The notes under the pieces are model-generated. The model did not search any database and was not told the origin of the DNA. It was given only the letters and a program-made list of their open reading frames with translations. Below are positions 1 through 13,963 of a stretch of DNA of 64,000 nucleotides, piece by piece. The stretch is from Squalus acanthias (taxonomy: Eukaryota), in assembly GCA_030390025.1 (NCBI GenBank), contig CM059438.1, positions 21,266,001 through 21,330,000 of the forward strand, read 5' to 3'. Made by a program: the position numbers and the translations under genes. The first letter of the stretch is position 1. Every line of letters begins with the position of its first letter.

Positions 1-429
1 TCATTGTTGAGTATGACTCCCCAGTCTCCATTCATTTAAAAAATGTGTTGCCTTTGTGACTGAAACTATTCCAAAAGCAGAAGGCTGCATTTACATTAAG
101 AAACAAATCAATTGCTTCACAAACCAATAACAAATGAGAGCACCGTAGTTGATTACATTTCCGATATTATTATAGCTAAACTTATGAGCTTACAATTGCA
201 TGGCTGTTTTTGCAGTGGTTTACTAAGCCATTATGTTTATTGGATATGTTTATTTCATAAACAGTAAATGTATATCATAAATAGAATGCTGACTTCATTA
301 ATGAAAAACCTGAATAACTAATGAGAACCAGATCAATGGTTATTTACTTGTGAAACAAAGATTGAGATTCCAATCCAAATTGTGAATGATACTGTTCAAG
401 TAGCCAGTAGGAACAGGGGGAAAAAATAA

Positions 430-790
430 TACCTGGAAAAGGCCATTGGATCAACAAGCCTGTCTCTTTTTGGTTAATCTTAACCCCACTTTGCTGCCTT
501 CTCAGCATCCATCTCAATCTCCTCTTTCTCCAGAAATATATCTTGTTTTTTAAACCTAATCGTTTCAGCGACTTTCCCTGGTAACGTACTCAATACGTAT
601 ATTGCCCCTTGTATGAAATAGTTCTGTCTGAATTCCCCATTTCCTAATTTTAAAATTCTGATCGCCACTTTCTGAACCCTTCATCAGTATGAACAATTAT
701 CTGAATCGACTTTATTAAACCCCTTCATAATTTTGAAAACTTCTATTAGGTCGCCTTGAAATCTCTTTTGCAGCTTCCTGAACCTGATTG
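430..790 (-). mobile_element. Old CR1-type LINE 3' fragment
   Basis: Minus-strand translation contains FQGDLIEVFKIMKGFNKVD, the CR1 ORF2 C-terminal motif; boundaries approximate. Confidence 0.7.
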
Positions 791-1269
791 TGTTACTTGG
801 TGAATCATTTCTCCTGTCTGTAATTTGGTCAAAAAAGTCAGCATGAGTACAAAACTGGAAATCATCTTTTGTACCCATGCTGACTTTTTAAAATTATTGA
901 CATGGGGAATTTTATCCCGTCCCACCTGGTATCATTTTTGTTGCCCTATATCTGAGGACAGTAACATCCTTCCTATAGTAAGCAATACTGCACACAGTGT
1001 ACATGAGATGAAATCTAACCAGCGCCTTTGATAATAACATCACCTCACAGTTAATACTCTAGTTTCTCTGCATTCACGTAGCTTGTTTGCTTTTTATTCC
1101 ATAACATCTATCTACTGGGTTGATAATTCAGTGATTTTTTTCCCCCCCACAATAATATTCAAATCCCTTTCCTGATCAATATAACACATGACTGTTCATG
1201 AAGCACATTGATCAGAAAAGGGATTTGGGAAAAAAATTGAATTATCAGATCAGTGTAGGGATGTTGTGG

Positions 1270-1430
1270 GTAAAAAGAAAATGCAAACAAGGTACAGGAT
1301 TGCACTAGAGGAACGGAATGTAAAACAAGAGGTGATGTTACTATCAAAGGTGCTGGTTAGACCGCATCTGGAGTTCTGTGTGCAGTATTGCTCACTATAT
1401 CATAGGGAGGATATTATTGCCCTCAGGCAT
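1270..1430 (+). mobile_element. CR1 LINE ORF2 fragment
   Basis: VMLLSKVLVRPHLEFCVQYCSLYHREDI resembles LYRALVRPHLEYSVQFWSPYLRKDI of the CR1 at 11671-13351. Confidence 0.7.
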
Positions 1431-2219
1431 ACTTCGGTTTATTGCTTTTGAACTAATTGTTTTACATAGTCAATATTGAACTTGGACTTTTATTCCATAG
1501 AAATAGTGTTCTTTTCTTTCTGTACAGTTTAAATGGTTAATTTAAAAATATATATTTATTTTGAATGTTGTCAAAATGAACTAGACATTTTTGCCAGTTG
1601 CCTAACTCACAAATGAAAGAAATCCATGTTTGGGACCAAGACAATCCTTTGAATTTAATACTTAATCTTCATTTAGGAGATTTTCAAATTAGCGGACAGA
1701 TGTCTACGCAGTGAGGTGACAGGCAGCTCAATTTAATAAATGAGAAGTATCTTTTATCCACACGAATGTTGTAAATGCACAATAAAAAACATTGGAAGTT
1801 CAAGTTTAATCCGCTCAGAATAACAACTTTCGTAATATGTTTCTGGTTTTGTCACTTGTGCCTCATCAAGTCTTTCTCCCTTGTGAAATAAATTGAACAT
1901 TCCATTGTTCTCTACTATAAATCCTTTATTTACACACACTGCAACACTTTATGGTAAAATATATTTTTTAACCACATTTTATTTAATATTTCACGGACAA
2001 TAATTCCAATAGCAATTCAGGAAAAAACGTTCAGTTGATGTACTTAATCTTTGCTCATCATAATATCTGAAGCTTGAACTTTAGTGCTAATGGTGGCCTT
2101 GCAGAGGAAGTAAAGAAGTGTCAGATTTTCCATTGATGCTGCTGAGACAATGGCAGTGACGACAAATCATCCAGAAAATGTCACATCACTGGCGATTAAT
2201 ATTTAAGGGAATGAGCCAT

Positions 2220-2828
2220 GGCCTAGAAATTGGTTCATACCCGACATTGGGCGTGACCCTAATGATGGCCACGAACTGCCACGCCAAAACCTATGCAAAA
2301 TTGGCCCTCTTGCATCATCAGTACGCGAGCGGTGAACTGGAGATGGCAGTTGTACCCCAAGAGTGCGCCAGTTTTGAAAAGGACAAAAGTCGACCGGCGA
2401 AGATGCCAGCACTGGACCCACAGTAAGTCCGGCGGATGTGGGGAACGTGGAGAGTGGCCAGCAGCAGCCCACAGTGTTAATGTGGAGCCAGGAGGAACAT
2501 TCCTGCTCCTCCTGGCTTCACAATCAGGCAGCCTACAGCAGTCCCTTTAAAGACCGCTGGTTTGACAGCATTTCGCCTGAGAAAACTCACCGCACATGCT
2601 GCGATCAGTCGGGAACCAATTCATAAAGGGGCCTGAAATAGGCATACACAATGGGCCTAACACCAGTTTCAGATGGGTGCCCTGGACGACTACAGGGTAC
2701 TATAACCAATATGCCGGGCAGTGCATACCTGGCATGGAATGAGTGTGGCATGCCGCACACCATATTAGACCCTTCAGCATCCATTTTACGCCTTATAACG
2801 GGCACTGCCTTAACCACATTTCTAAGCC
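2220..2828. mobile_element. Non-autonomous DNA transposon (PIF/Harbinger-type MITE)
   Basis: Imperfect TIRs GGCCTAGAAATTGGTT (2220-2235) and AACCACATTTCTAAGCC (2812-2828), with CAT flanking both ends (3-bp TSD). GC/CpG-richer than the flanks. Confidence 0.6.
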
Positions 2829-3399
2829 CATAAACTAGATTTTCCACACAATATGAGGTTTTAACAGAATTTTTCTTAGTTAAAAGCTAAACAAGTTGTT
2901 CCTTTTAATCTAGATCTTCGGAATCTACTGAAAAATAGTCAATTCCAAAGTAGGTTTAAAGCAAGGAGCATCACAACTACCTAAAATGAACCTGCTAACA
3001 GCCCACAAGAACACACAATCATTCCTTTAATAGAACTCACTGACCAAATCCTTTCTCATATACTATTTGTCATTTTCAGCATAAGGTGATCAATATCTTG
3101 GCTTTGAAATAAATAATATATTATAACTGTCACAATAAGTTACATCATCTAGAACTGATCATATTTGAAGCGTAAAGCACAACGTTGGCTAATATTAGAT
3201 ATAAAAGTTTAGTAGATTATTTTTTAAAGAAAAGCAGGGAGAGTAGCTGTTGAAACAATGCCGTATTATTATTCTCCTCACAACTGCCTTGAGAACTTTT
3301 CATAATCAGAGGCTATTGTGCCACCAATTTAATGCCAAATTTATGCTGGTAGTTGAATAAATTTGGTACGGACTCCATAGCCTAAGCCCTCACAGCATC

Positions 3400-3670
3400 T
3401 TGCGTAGAAGTCTTACAGCATAATGGCATTGTGTCTGCTCCAGTATGAAAACTCGAGCTGACAGTGTCTCAGAAATTTCTTCCACTTAAAGGAGCATCCC
3501 AGACCAGACTCGTGGCAGTAATTAGATTTCAGTGTGTGCTGACAGGTGAACAGGCCGTGCACATTGATCCCCTTGTTTCCTCCAAATCCTGGTGCGACAG
3601 TATGTATGCACAGGCACAGTACGAGCTTGTACATGGTAAGTGGCATTCAGAGGGAACAGGAGCATGACTG
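3400..3670. promoter_or_regulatory. Candidate conserved noncoding element
   Basis: Non-repetitive block with two TGACAG (TALE-type) motifs and TAATTA. Conservation not testable here. Confidence 0.25.
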
Positions 3671-5578
3671 ACTATGGATAAGTGCAACCTTGTGGGTGCA
3701 AGTGATATGGATCATTGAATACCCTCTGACTCACACGGTGCCACTGTTACAACTGGAACAGCAGCATGGAACTCCACCTAAATGTGCTATCATGCACATT
3801 TTAAGGCAACATTTGTTAACCGGCAACTTGAAGAATACATTATTATGTTTTGTACAGATGAATATCTGCAGTAGCTATGAGAACATTGGTATCTGGAAAA
3901 ACAATAACATTTACAGCAATGTTTTTTCTGTCTGTGTTCTGGGGAGGGAGAAAGGCAAGACAGATGTATTTAAAGCCTGTAAGGATCCTGACTTATAACT
4001 TGGATTTTTGTAGGGTTTTTTTCGCCAGTGGCTTGTATCTGCTGCTAATATGCTCCTGCAAAAATTGGTATTGATTTTTTTTTCTCACGGAGTCTTACAA
4101 AAATGTAATGAGATACAAAAATGATTAACCAGATAATTTGGTGAGATGAGGGGTTATACACCGGCTATCAAAGTGTAATATTATTTATATATTTATTTTA
4201 AAAATTATATATATATATAAAAATTATATAGTTTCACTTCTGGGGAAAAAAGAACATTTTAGCACAAACACATCCACCACATGACATCATATACTTTCAG
4301 GTCCTCCTTCATTATCGCCAGTTGCCCTTTCACCTATGTGACACTACTGTACCAATTTAAATGGGCCTGCATAACAATAAAAGGAAAGTTAAAAACAAAT
4401 TTGTTCTATAGCAACATCAATCTATACCAAAAAGAATATGAAATTGCTGTTGATTAATTTAAGGTTCCCTGGGCCCTGATTTGGGCCACTTCTGCTCTGT
4501 CATCCAGCTTGACAGTTGCCTTGTTCCACTCTCCAACCCAACCTTATGGCATACTCTGCTCTGCTCCCCACAACCAATGCAATGGCACATCTACCAGTGT
4601 GCGTAAAATAAACAAATAGTACACAGTTGTGATGCTGGACTTAACGGTCTGTTAGATTTTGTTATTAGGGCTCGGAGGCCCAGGTTTGTAATATCTATGG
4701 GCCATATTTTCCTCTGAGTATTTTTTTTTAATGAAAAGTAGATGCTCTTAAATAGGTGTGCATTATCCATAAAAGCCACTAACAAGCTATTCATCTGTGT
4801 TTAGCACTGCTCTGAAGATTGTTCCCATCCAAAATTTGTAAAGTAGCATAATGAAGACAAGCTTTTTGCTTGATCAGCTTGTTAAAAGCAAATCATGGAC
4901 AAATTGAGCAGAATTATGTGGGGGAGGGGAGATTAATGAAAGTAAATATTGAGCTCCAGGTCAAACTTACCATTTGTGAGCTTAACCTGTGGGAATATTT
5001 CAAAATATCAACACAGCTGCAGTCATACTGGAAAGATAAGCAAGAGATTACATGGCAAAATGAGGGACAAAGAACAACAAATCTGATCGTCAGTTTGCCT
5101 CAAGTGCAAACACATAAAATGTCTTTAGAATTTTGTAATTAGGGTGCTGTTCCTGCATCTGCTGTTTGTGTTGATCCTGTACAAAGCATGTCCCATGGAA
5201 AGTGAAGGAGACTGGGGCCTGTGTTCCCTCCAATTCATTGTAACACTGAGTTCCCATATTCTATTTTTCCAAGTTTGCTTTGCTGGTTTTTTTCCCTCTA
5301 TCCCTTCATAATCCAATATTTGCCCGTCACACTTCAGAGATCCTGAAGGTCTGGTATGTTGCCACTTTAAGCCCTACTCCCATGTTTTTCTTTTTGAATA
5401 TCTCAGCAGCCACACATGGTAACTTTATATTTTGACAATGTCAAGCTATATTTTTCTTTAAATAGACTGCTGACTTGATTTTATTATTTAACAGTAAAAA
5501 CATATGAGGTAATTGTGTGCAGCACATGGCTAAATTTCTAACATGACTAGACACTTGCCCATCAGAAGCAAGTATTGT

Positions 5579-5660
5579 AAATTCAGGTCTGCGTTGTGCA
5601 TGATTTTCTGACCATTAATAAAATAGTCAAAAAAATCATGCAAGATGTGCCGCTGAATTT
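5579..5660. repeat. Short foldback, probable MITE remnant
   Basis: AAATTCAG...TGCATGATTTT...AAAATCATGCA...CTGAATTT inverted arms. Confidence 0.45.
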
Positions 5661-6219
5661 CCAATATGTGAAAATCAATCAGGAAATTACCGCTATAGTA
5701 CAAATTGTCATGCTACAGCTGAATTCGAATACTCTTTCAGTCCCATTGATCCATGAGATGATTTGTAATGCAGAATAATATACACCACAACTTTTAAAAA
5801 GACAGCATTAGGAAATTAGGTTCATGACTCCAGTCCATCAGAGAGAATTTCTCAACTTGTATTTGTACCTGTTTCCTTCTGCCCCGCTCGTCCAAGATAA
5901 AGATAATTGTATACATTGTATCTTTAAAAATAGGTTACAAACTACTGCAAAATTATTAGAATCATATATCACTGCATTATTACACTATATCACAGTGTAC
6001 AGTTATATTATACAGTGTACATCACTTATTGTTATATTACACTCACTCTTTGCTATGTTATACTATTATTCAGTTTTTATCAGTTTTACTCCTGTAATTA
6101 TCCATTCTGTAGCACACTCTGTGTTATATCATAGTACTGTGTTATATCATTGGTATTTTATTACTTTACTCAAACTGAATAATCCCTTTCTGCTGTATTA
6201 CATTCTGTCTCTCTTATGA

Positions 6220-7330
6220 TTGACCTCGCCTGGTTCCATTCTTACCTATCCAATCATAGCCAGAGCATCTCCAACATCTTCTCTTCCCGCCCCTGCGCTG
6301 TTACCTCCGGAGTCTACCAAGATCTGTCCTTGGCCCCTCCTCTTCCTTATCCACATGCTGCCCCTTGACGTCATCATCCGCAGACATGGGGTCACCTTCC
6401 ACACGTACGCTGACAACATCCAGCTCTGCCTCTCCACCATCTCTCTCAACCCCTCCATGCCTCTGTGCTGTCAGACTGCTTGGCCAATATCCAGTCTTGG
6501 ATGAACTGCAATTTCTACCAGTTAAATATTGAGAAGACCGAAACCATCGTCTTTGCCCCCCCCCCCCCCGCCACCGCCCCCCCCACAAACTCCGTACTCT
6601 CACCACCAATTCCATCCCCCTCCCTGGCCATTATCTCAGCCTGAATCAGACTGTTTTCAACCCTGAGCTGAACTGATAATACCATCTCCTCCCTATCACA
6701 AAGATCGCCTATTTTTACTTCCATAACATCACCCCCCTCTGCCCTTGCCACAGTCCATCTGCCACTAAAACCCTCATCTAAGCCTTTGTCACCTCCAGAT
6801 TCAACTATTTCATTGCTCTCCTAGCCAACTTCCCATCCTCCACCCTTTGTAAACATCAGTTCATCCTAAACTCTACTGCCTGCACCCTATCCCGCACCAG
6901 GTCCGGCTCACCCATCACCCATGTTCCTTGGCTCCCACTCCCCCAATGCCTCCAGTTTAAAATTCTCATCCTCTTGTTTAAATCTCTTCATGGTTTCACC
7001 CATCCCTATGTCTGTAACATCCTACAGCCCTACGGCTCCACCACCCCCTTCAAACGTTCTGCTCCTCTGACTCTGGCCTTTTGTGTATCGCCCACTCATT
7101 TCGCCCCACTATTGACCCAGCGCTCTGGAAATCCCTCTGCCTTTCCACCTCCCTCTGCTCCTCTAAGGCCCTATTTAAACCCACCTCTTTGACCAAGCTT
7201 TTGGTTACCCCTCCTAATATCTCCTTCTTTGGCTCAGTGTCCATTTTTTCCTGATTACGCCTTTGTAAGTTACTTGGATGTTTTACTACGTTAAAGAAAC
7301 TATGGAAATGCAAGTTGCTGTGTTTGTTAT
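6220..7330 (+). mobile_element. L2-type LINE 3' fragment
   Basis: RT motif TFHTYADNIQL and 3' tail AAATGCAAGTTG; homologous to 27615-28602. Confidence 0.8.
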
Positions 7331-7719
7331 GTTGTCGTATATATAGTCATTCTTGCTCTTTGCTCTGTTAAATTTTATTTTTATACTGTATCATAATAGT
7401 ATTTGATATTTTAATATAAAAATTTTACCTCACTTTCATTATGTTAGGTATTAGACCTAATCAACAATCAATATAATAAATATTACGTGCTTTCATTAGA
7501 AAAACAACACAAGATGTCATTGTGGGAGTTCGTGATTATGATCAGGAGGTGACACTGAGGAAAATTTGAAATCCTCCTGTTAATTTTGACAGACTTGGAG
7601 GAGCAATGATAAGGAATCATTACATTCAGAAAAATGATGATTGTGGTGACAGAAGTGAATATGCGCATACAGGATCCCATACCATTTCACAAACAATATT
7701 ATGCATTGCATATTGTCAT

Positions 7720-7841
7720 TGTAACAGAGCCACCTGATGGACTACTGATGTATATAATAATAAAGCCATCTGCAGTACAGTTCTTACCGGAAGCCATGTT
7801 GTGCTGTTGTGTATATATATGCTGTGTCTCAAGATATTACA
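7720..7841 (+). repeat. 5' LTR (122 bp)
   Basis: Ends TGTAAC...ATTACA, contains TATATAA and AATAAA, and is directly repeated at 13964. Confidence 0.9.
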
Positions 7842-7845
7842 GAAT

Positions 7846-7864
7846 TGGCGATGAGGATGCGATT
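7846..7864 (+). other. Primer binding site, tRNA-Ser(GCT)
   Basis: TGGCGATGAGGATGCGATT matches 17/19 the reverse complement (TGGCGACGAGGATGGGATT) of the vertebrate tRNA-Ser(GCT) 3' end as I recall it. It lies 4 nt after the LTR. Confidence 0.8.
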
Positions 7865-8013
7865 GCGGATTCCCTAGCTGAAATTTTTGTTGGAGGATAA
7901 TCCTGCCAACCAATAGAGGGACTGTTAGAGGTTCTTCGTTTTGCAGAAAAACTTAAAAATTCGAGGTAAATTTCAAGCACACGTGGCTGAACTGTCGACG
8001 TTGCCAGAGTCAG

Positions 8014-11000
8014 ATGGCTGCGCCTATGGGAATAATAGGGCACTTGGGTGAGTTCCATCATGACTGAGAGACGTTCGGAGCATATGTGGAGCAGCTAGAA
8101 ACGTTTTTCACCGCAAATAGTATCATCGAAATCCCTGATGATGTAAACTGTAACCAGGTGGTTTTAGAAATGAAACTGGCTATTTTTTTGACTGAAGCAG
8201 GTGACATTTCTGTCACCACAAGGTGTATGAAACCCTGAAAAATTTGCTTGTTCCTGCCAAACCGAAGGACCCGCCACTGAAGGAGATCCTAACCAAGTTA
8301 GAACAGCACTACAGTCCTGAGCCCCTGGAAATTGCTGAAAGTTATCGTTTTGAAACACGTGACCAATTAAATGACGAGAGTATCAGTGAGTACATTGTAG
8401 CTTTAAAAAAGTTATCCATTCACTGTCATTTCGGAAACTTTCAGGACTGAGCTTTGCGTGACCGCTTTGTTTGTGGTTTGAAAAATGAACGTATCAGAAG
8501 TAAATTGTTGACAACCCCTAACTTGACTTTTGACTTAGCTTGTCAGACAGCTATGTCGATGGATATGGCCGACCGATACTCCCGAGAGTTCCGCACCATT
8601 TCCAGTCGTCAGACAACCGAGGTGAATCGGCTGCAGGCTAAAAGTAAAAGGCAGTTGGGCCCCAAGGCCTCAGCACCTGGCCAAGGTAACAGTGCATTGA
8701 AGTCGTGCTATCGGTGCCTGGGACAAAACATCGCTCAAAGCTGTCCATATGTGAAGGCAGGGTGTTTCTACTGCAAGAAAACTGGGCATCTTGTGAAGGC
8801 GTGCCAACAGAAGAGTAAACCGACTAGAAGTAGAAATCGCCAGACACTACATACCATTGAAGAGAATCAGCAGGACGAGGAGTTTCTGGAGATTCACGTC
8901 ATCAGGAGCACGAAGGTATCTAACAACGATTCGCGAGGTATCATCATCCAAGTAGATGTCTCAGGAACCAGGATACCCATGGAAATTGACACTGGTGCAT
9001 CCGTGAACGTAGTACCGGAATCACTATATCATGACAAGTTGCATGATTATCGACTAGAGAAATCGAAGGTAGAGCTGCGGGGCTACTCAGGAGAGCAAAT
9101 CCCTGTAGTAGGAAGTGTCACCATACCAGTGAAATACAAGGATCCGTGTCAGACCTTGCCTCTCATAGTAGTGGCAGGAGACGAGCCTGCCTTGATAGGT
9201 AGAAATTGGTTGGGATCACTGCAGCTGGATTGGAATGAGATTTTTCGTGTGGAAGCGAAATTTGCATCGAAAGATGATGTCATCAAGCAGTCCGATCCAA
9301 GACTTCAAGGCGAGTGTCAGAGTGCAGAAGGACACAAGACCAGTTTACTGCAAGCCACGTCCCGTACCATATGCACTCAAGGAGAAAGTTGAGCAAAATT
9401 CAAAAGACTAGAAACTGAGAACATTATCTCTAAGGTAAATCTGAGTAATTAGGCTACACCCATTGTTGTTGTACCTAAGCCAGATGGTAAGGTAAGGTTG
9501 TGTGGTGATTATAAGGTAACCATAAACCAGGTTCTAGAGTGTAATCTACCCAATACGTTGCCAACGCTGACAGGTGGCCAGATCTTTTTGAAGTTCGATC
9601 TAACAAACGCCTACCTACAACTTGAGTTAGATGAAGAGTCCAAGTCATGCTTGACTATAAATACTCACCGAGGCCTATATCAGTTCAATAGGCTACCATT
9701 TGGAGTGTCTTTTGCCCCCGACATATTCCAGGGGGTGATGAACCAAATTTTGCAAGTGATTGAAGGGATAGTGTGTTATTTGGATGACATACTCATTTCA
9801 GCACCAAACAGGCAAATCCATGATGAGGTGTTGAATGAAGTGCTCAAACGGCTAGAGAAGCACGGAGTACAAGTGACAGCTTACAAGTGTGAGTTGTTTT
9901 AAAACTCAGTGGAGTACTTAGGGCACAGAGTAGAAAAAGATGGTTTACATCCAACCAAGTGAAAGCTGGATGCAATCAGAAATGCACCCACTCCCAAGAA
10001 TGTCTCTGAACTTCGATCATTTTTGGGTCTTTTGAATTATTACGTAAAGTTCCTCCCAAACTTGGCTACATTGTTACATCCACTGAATGAGCTGTTGAGA
10101 AAACAGGTCATTTGGAAGTGGTCAAAAGAATGTGACACAGCATTCAAAGAGTGTAAAATCCGGTTAGTAGAGAGTACCATGTTATTTCACTATGACGTAT
10201 CTAAGAAGATCAAGCTAGCATGTGACGCCTCTTCGTACGGAGTTGGGGCAGTGATCTCTCATGTACTGGATAGTGGAGAGGAGAAACCATTTGCTTTTGC
10301 TTCATGGACTCTCAATGCCAGTGAGCGGAATTCTGGGCAGATCGAAAGAGAAGTTTTGTCATTGATTTTTGGGGTCAAGAAGTTTCACAAATACTTGTTT
10401 GATCGTAAGTTTATCATAGTTACTGACCATAAGCCCCTGACAGCAATCCTCCATCCAAAGTCCCCAGTTCCAACCTTAGCTGCAGCCCGAATGCAGAGAT
10501 GGCCTTTGATTTTGTCAGTGTATACGTATGACATTGAGTACAGACGATCAGCTGATCACAGTAATGCTGATGCTATGTCCAGGTTGCCATCCCCATCACA
10601 AGTTACACCCAATAAGGAAGAAGTGTTCTATTTCTCATACATTGATGAGCTGCCAGTCACAGCTGAAGAGATTGGTATGGGCAACCAAACCTGACCCAAT
10701 TATGTCAAAGGTGTATGATTACATGGCAAATGGATGGCCAAACCAGGTATCAGAGGAAGATATCCATCCATACTTCGATCGTAGGAATGAATTGTCAGTG
10801 GATAAAGATTGTATCACATGGGGAGCAAGAGTGGTTATCCCAAATAAGTTCAGGTCTAAATTATTAGGAGATCTTCATGACCAGCACCTGGGAATGTGCT
10901 TGACCAAGAGCTTAGCAAGCAATTACTTATGGTGGCCAGGTTTAGATAAAGAGAGAGAGTACATAGTCAGTCAGTGTACAACATGTCAATCGGTGAGCAA

Positions 11001-13759
11001 GAAACCACTATCAGTACCATTACAGCCATGGAAATGATCCCCCAGGGTGTGGCAAAGGTTACATGTAGATTTTGCTGAGCTAGAAGGACAGCAATTGTTC
11101 ATAGTGATAGATAGTCACTCAAAGTGTGTAGTGGTGTTTCCGATGCGGATAATGAAAACAAGCAAAACACTAGACAATTTGCGAAGATTGTTTTCTTCTT
11201 ATGGCCTCCTAGAAGAAATTGTGTCTGATAATGGGCCGCAATTTTGTTCAGAAGAGTTCACACAGTTCATGAGCAGAATCGGTGTAAAACATACCAAAGT
11301 TCTACCATACCACCCTGCTTCAAATGGTGCAGCAGAGCGCACAGTACAAATCGTCAAACATGCCCTCATCAAGCAAATGTTGGATCCAAATTCAAAGAAA
11401 CTGCAGTTGTCGTTGGACTACAAACGGGCAAATTTTCTGATTACCTATCTCCTCATACCACTACTGGTAGAAAACCAGCAGAGTTGTTTCTCAAATGAAA
11501 GCCACGAACAGGTTCTCATTGTTAAAGCCAAACTTGGCACAGTCTGTAGAAGAGAAATAATCAAGGCAGAAAGAGATCATGATAAAAGTAGAGTTAGAGA
11601 GGGAAGTGTGAAGTTGAACCAAAAGGTTAGAGTGAAGAACCATCACCATAAATGGTTAAAGTGGTTACCATAAGAACATAAGAAATAGGAGCAGGAGTAG
11701 GCCATTCGGCCCTTCGAGCCTGCTCCGCCATTCAATGATATCATGGCTGATCTTCTGCCTCAATTCCATTTATCGGCCTTATCGCCATATCCCTTGATGC
11801 CCTTACTAGTCAGAAATCTCTGGGGTAGAGAATTCCAAAGATTCACCACCCTCTGTGTGAAGAAATTTCTTCTCATCTCAGTCCTGAATGGCGTACCCTT
11901 TATCCTGAGGAAGTGGCCCCTGGTTCTAGACTCCCCAGCCAAGGGAAACATTCTCCCAGTATCCACCCTATCAAGCCCTTTAATAATTTTGTATGCTTCA
12001 ATAAGATCCCCTCTCATTCTTCTGAATTCAAGAGAATACAGGCCTAGTTTACTCAATCTCTTCTCATACGACAGTCCCGCCATCCCAGGAATCAATCTCG
12101 TGAACCTTCGTTGCACTCCCTCTGTGGTAAGTATATCCTTCCTTAGGTAAGGCGACCAAAATTGTACAGAGTACTCCAGGTGTGGTCTCACCAAGGCCCT
12201 ATATAATTGGAGTAAGACTTCTTTACCCCTGTACTCAAATCCTCTTGTAATGAAGGCCAGCATACCATTTGCCTTCCTAATGGCTTGCTGCACCTGCACA
12301 TTCACTTTCAGTGACTCATGTACAAGGACACCCAGGTCCCTTTGAGCATCTGCATTCCCCAATCTTTCACCATTTAGGAAATACTCTGTCTTTCTGTTTT
12401 TTCTACCAAAGTGGATAACTTCACATTTATCCACATTATAATCCATCTGCCATGTTCTCGCCCACTCACTGAGCCTGTCGAGATCCCCTTGAAGTCTCTT
12501 CACATCCTCCTCACAACTGACACTGCCACCTAGCTTTGTGTCATCAGCAAATTTGGAAATGTTACATTTAGTCCCCTCATCCAAATCATTGATATAGATT
12601 GTGAATAGCTGGGGCCCAAGCACTGATCCTTGTGGTACCCCACTAGTCACAGCCTGCCATCCTGAAAAAGACCCATTTATCCCTACTCTTTGTTTTCTGT
12701 CTGTTAACCAATTCTCAATCCATGCTAGTATATTACCCCCAATTCCATGTGCCCTAATTTTGTTCACCAACCTCTTGTGTGGAACCTTATCGAAGGCCTT
12801 CTGAAAATCCAAATACACCACATCTACCGGTTCCCCTTTGTCTACTCCACTAGTTACATCCTCAAAGGACTCCAATAGGTTTGTCAAACAGAACTTCCCT
12901 TTCATAAATCCATGTTGACTCTGCCCAATCTTACTATTAGTTTCTAAGTGCCCAGTTATTGCATCTTTTATAATAGATTCCAGCATTTTCCCAACTACTG
13001 ATGTGAGGCTAACAGGTCTGTAGTTCCCCGTTTTCTCTCTCCCTCCTTTCTTAAATAGCGGGGTTACATTTGCTATCCTTCAATCTGCAGGAACCGTTCC
13101 AGAATCTATAGAATTTTGGAAGATGACAACCAATGCGTCCACTATCCCAATGGCCACCTCTTTCGAAACCCTAGGATGTAGGTCATCCGGTCCTTGAGAT
13201 TTATTGACTTTTAGTCCCATTAATTTTGCTAGTACTGTTTTTTTACGAATAATTTCTATAAGTTCCTCATTCTTGCCACACCCTTGGTTTTCTCATATTT
13301 TCCATATTTCTGGGAGGTTTTTTGTGTCTTGCTCCGTGAAGACAGAAACAAGGAAGAGTAGTGAAGATATGTGGCCCTCGCACATATTTGGTCAAGATGT
13401 TTGATCAGGGAGAGGTTAGGTTTGTTCACATTGATTATAATCATATCTTACCAACAGATGTGGAAGGAGTTGAAAGCTGGGATGATTCAATTTATTCTGA
13501 TGAGTCAGATAGTCTTGTTACAAGTAGAGTACCAGCAGCAAATCCTACATCAGACATACCAGAAACAAGTCCAAGACAAAGTCAGAATTTAAGTCTGAGC
13601 CCAAGTCAGGCAGACAAACAGTCTGAACATGTAGAGAGTCCAAATGTAGATCAAGGTCAGCCCTTGGAGAAAAATTCTCCGCAGGCTCAGCCTAGAATGA
13701 GTCAAAGTCCCAGAACAAGATTTGAAGTTTCTGTTCAAGAAAGAAGGTATCCTCTTTGA
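8014..13759 (+). pseudogene. Gypsy gag-pol polyprotein with stops and frameshifts, interrupted at 11671-13351
   Basis: ATG at 8014 (MAAPMGIIGHLGEF). ORF pieces 8223-9392 (CFYCKKTGHLVKAC, DTGAS), 9498-9902 (RT), 10023-10694 (RNase H), 10528-11673 (integrase) and 13352-13759 (integrase C-terminus GRVVKICGPRTYLV). Confidence 0.9.
11671..13351 (-). mobile_element. CR1 LINE, 5'-truncated, with a 408-aa open RT frame
   Basis: ORF 11760-12986 contains [18 protein letters not shown] and KFADDTKL; the (TTCTTATG)-type tail lies at 11669-11683. Confidence 0.95.
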
Positions 13760-13950
13760 AACAGAAAACCAGTGGTTAAGTTTAATCTGTAAATATGGAA
13801 AATAAGTTCATATCTTTTGTTTGTGTTACAGAATTCTAGAGTAGAATTTGGAAACATAAAATGGGTTCCATTTGAGAAATGTATACCAAGAGTTGTGTAT
13901 ACCATGCAAGTCATGTACAATGATTATTTGCTATGATTAACTTCTTCAAT

Positions 13951-13963
13951 AAGGAGGGAGAAG
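13951..13963 (+). other. Polypurine tract
   Basis: AAGGAGGGAGAAG immediately before the TG of the 3' LTR. Confidence 0.85.

Noticed and set aside
5824-6219. 131-aa hydrophobic ORF
   Set aside because: Arises from degenerate TTATA/CACT low-complexity sequence; no splice or domain support.
11743-12150. 135-aa plus-strand ORF and similar short ORFs inside repeats
   Set aside because: Antisense or alternative-frame shadows of LINE/SINE sequence.
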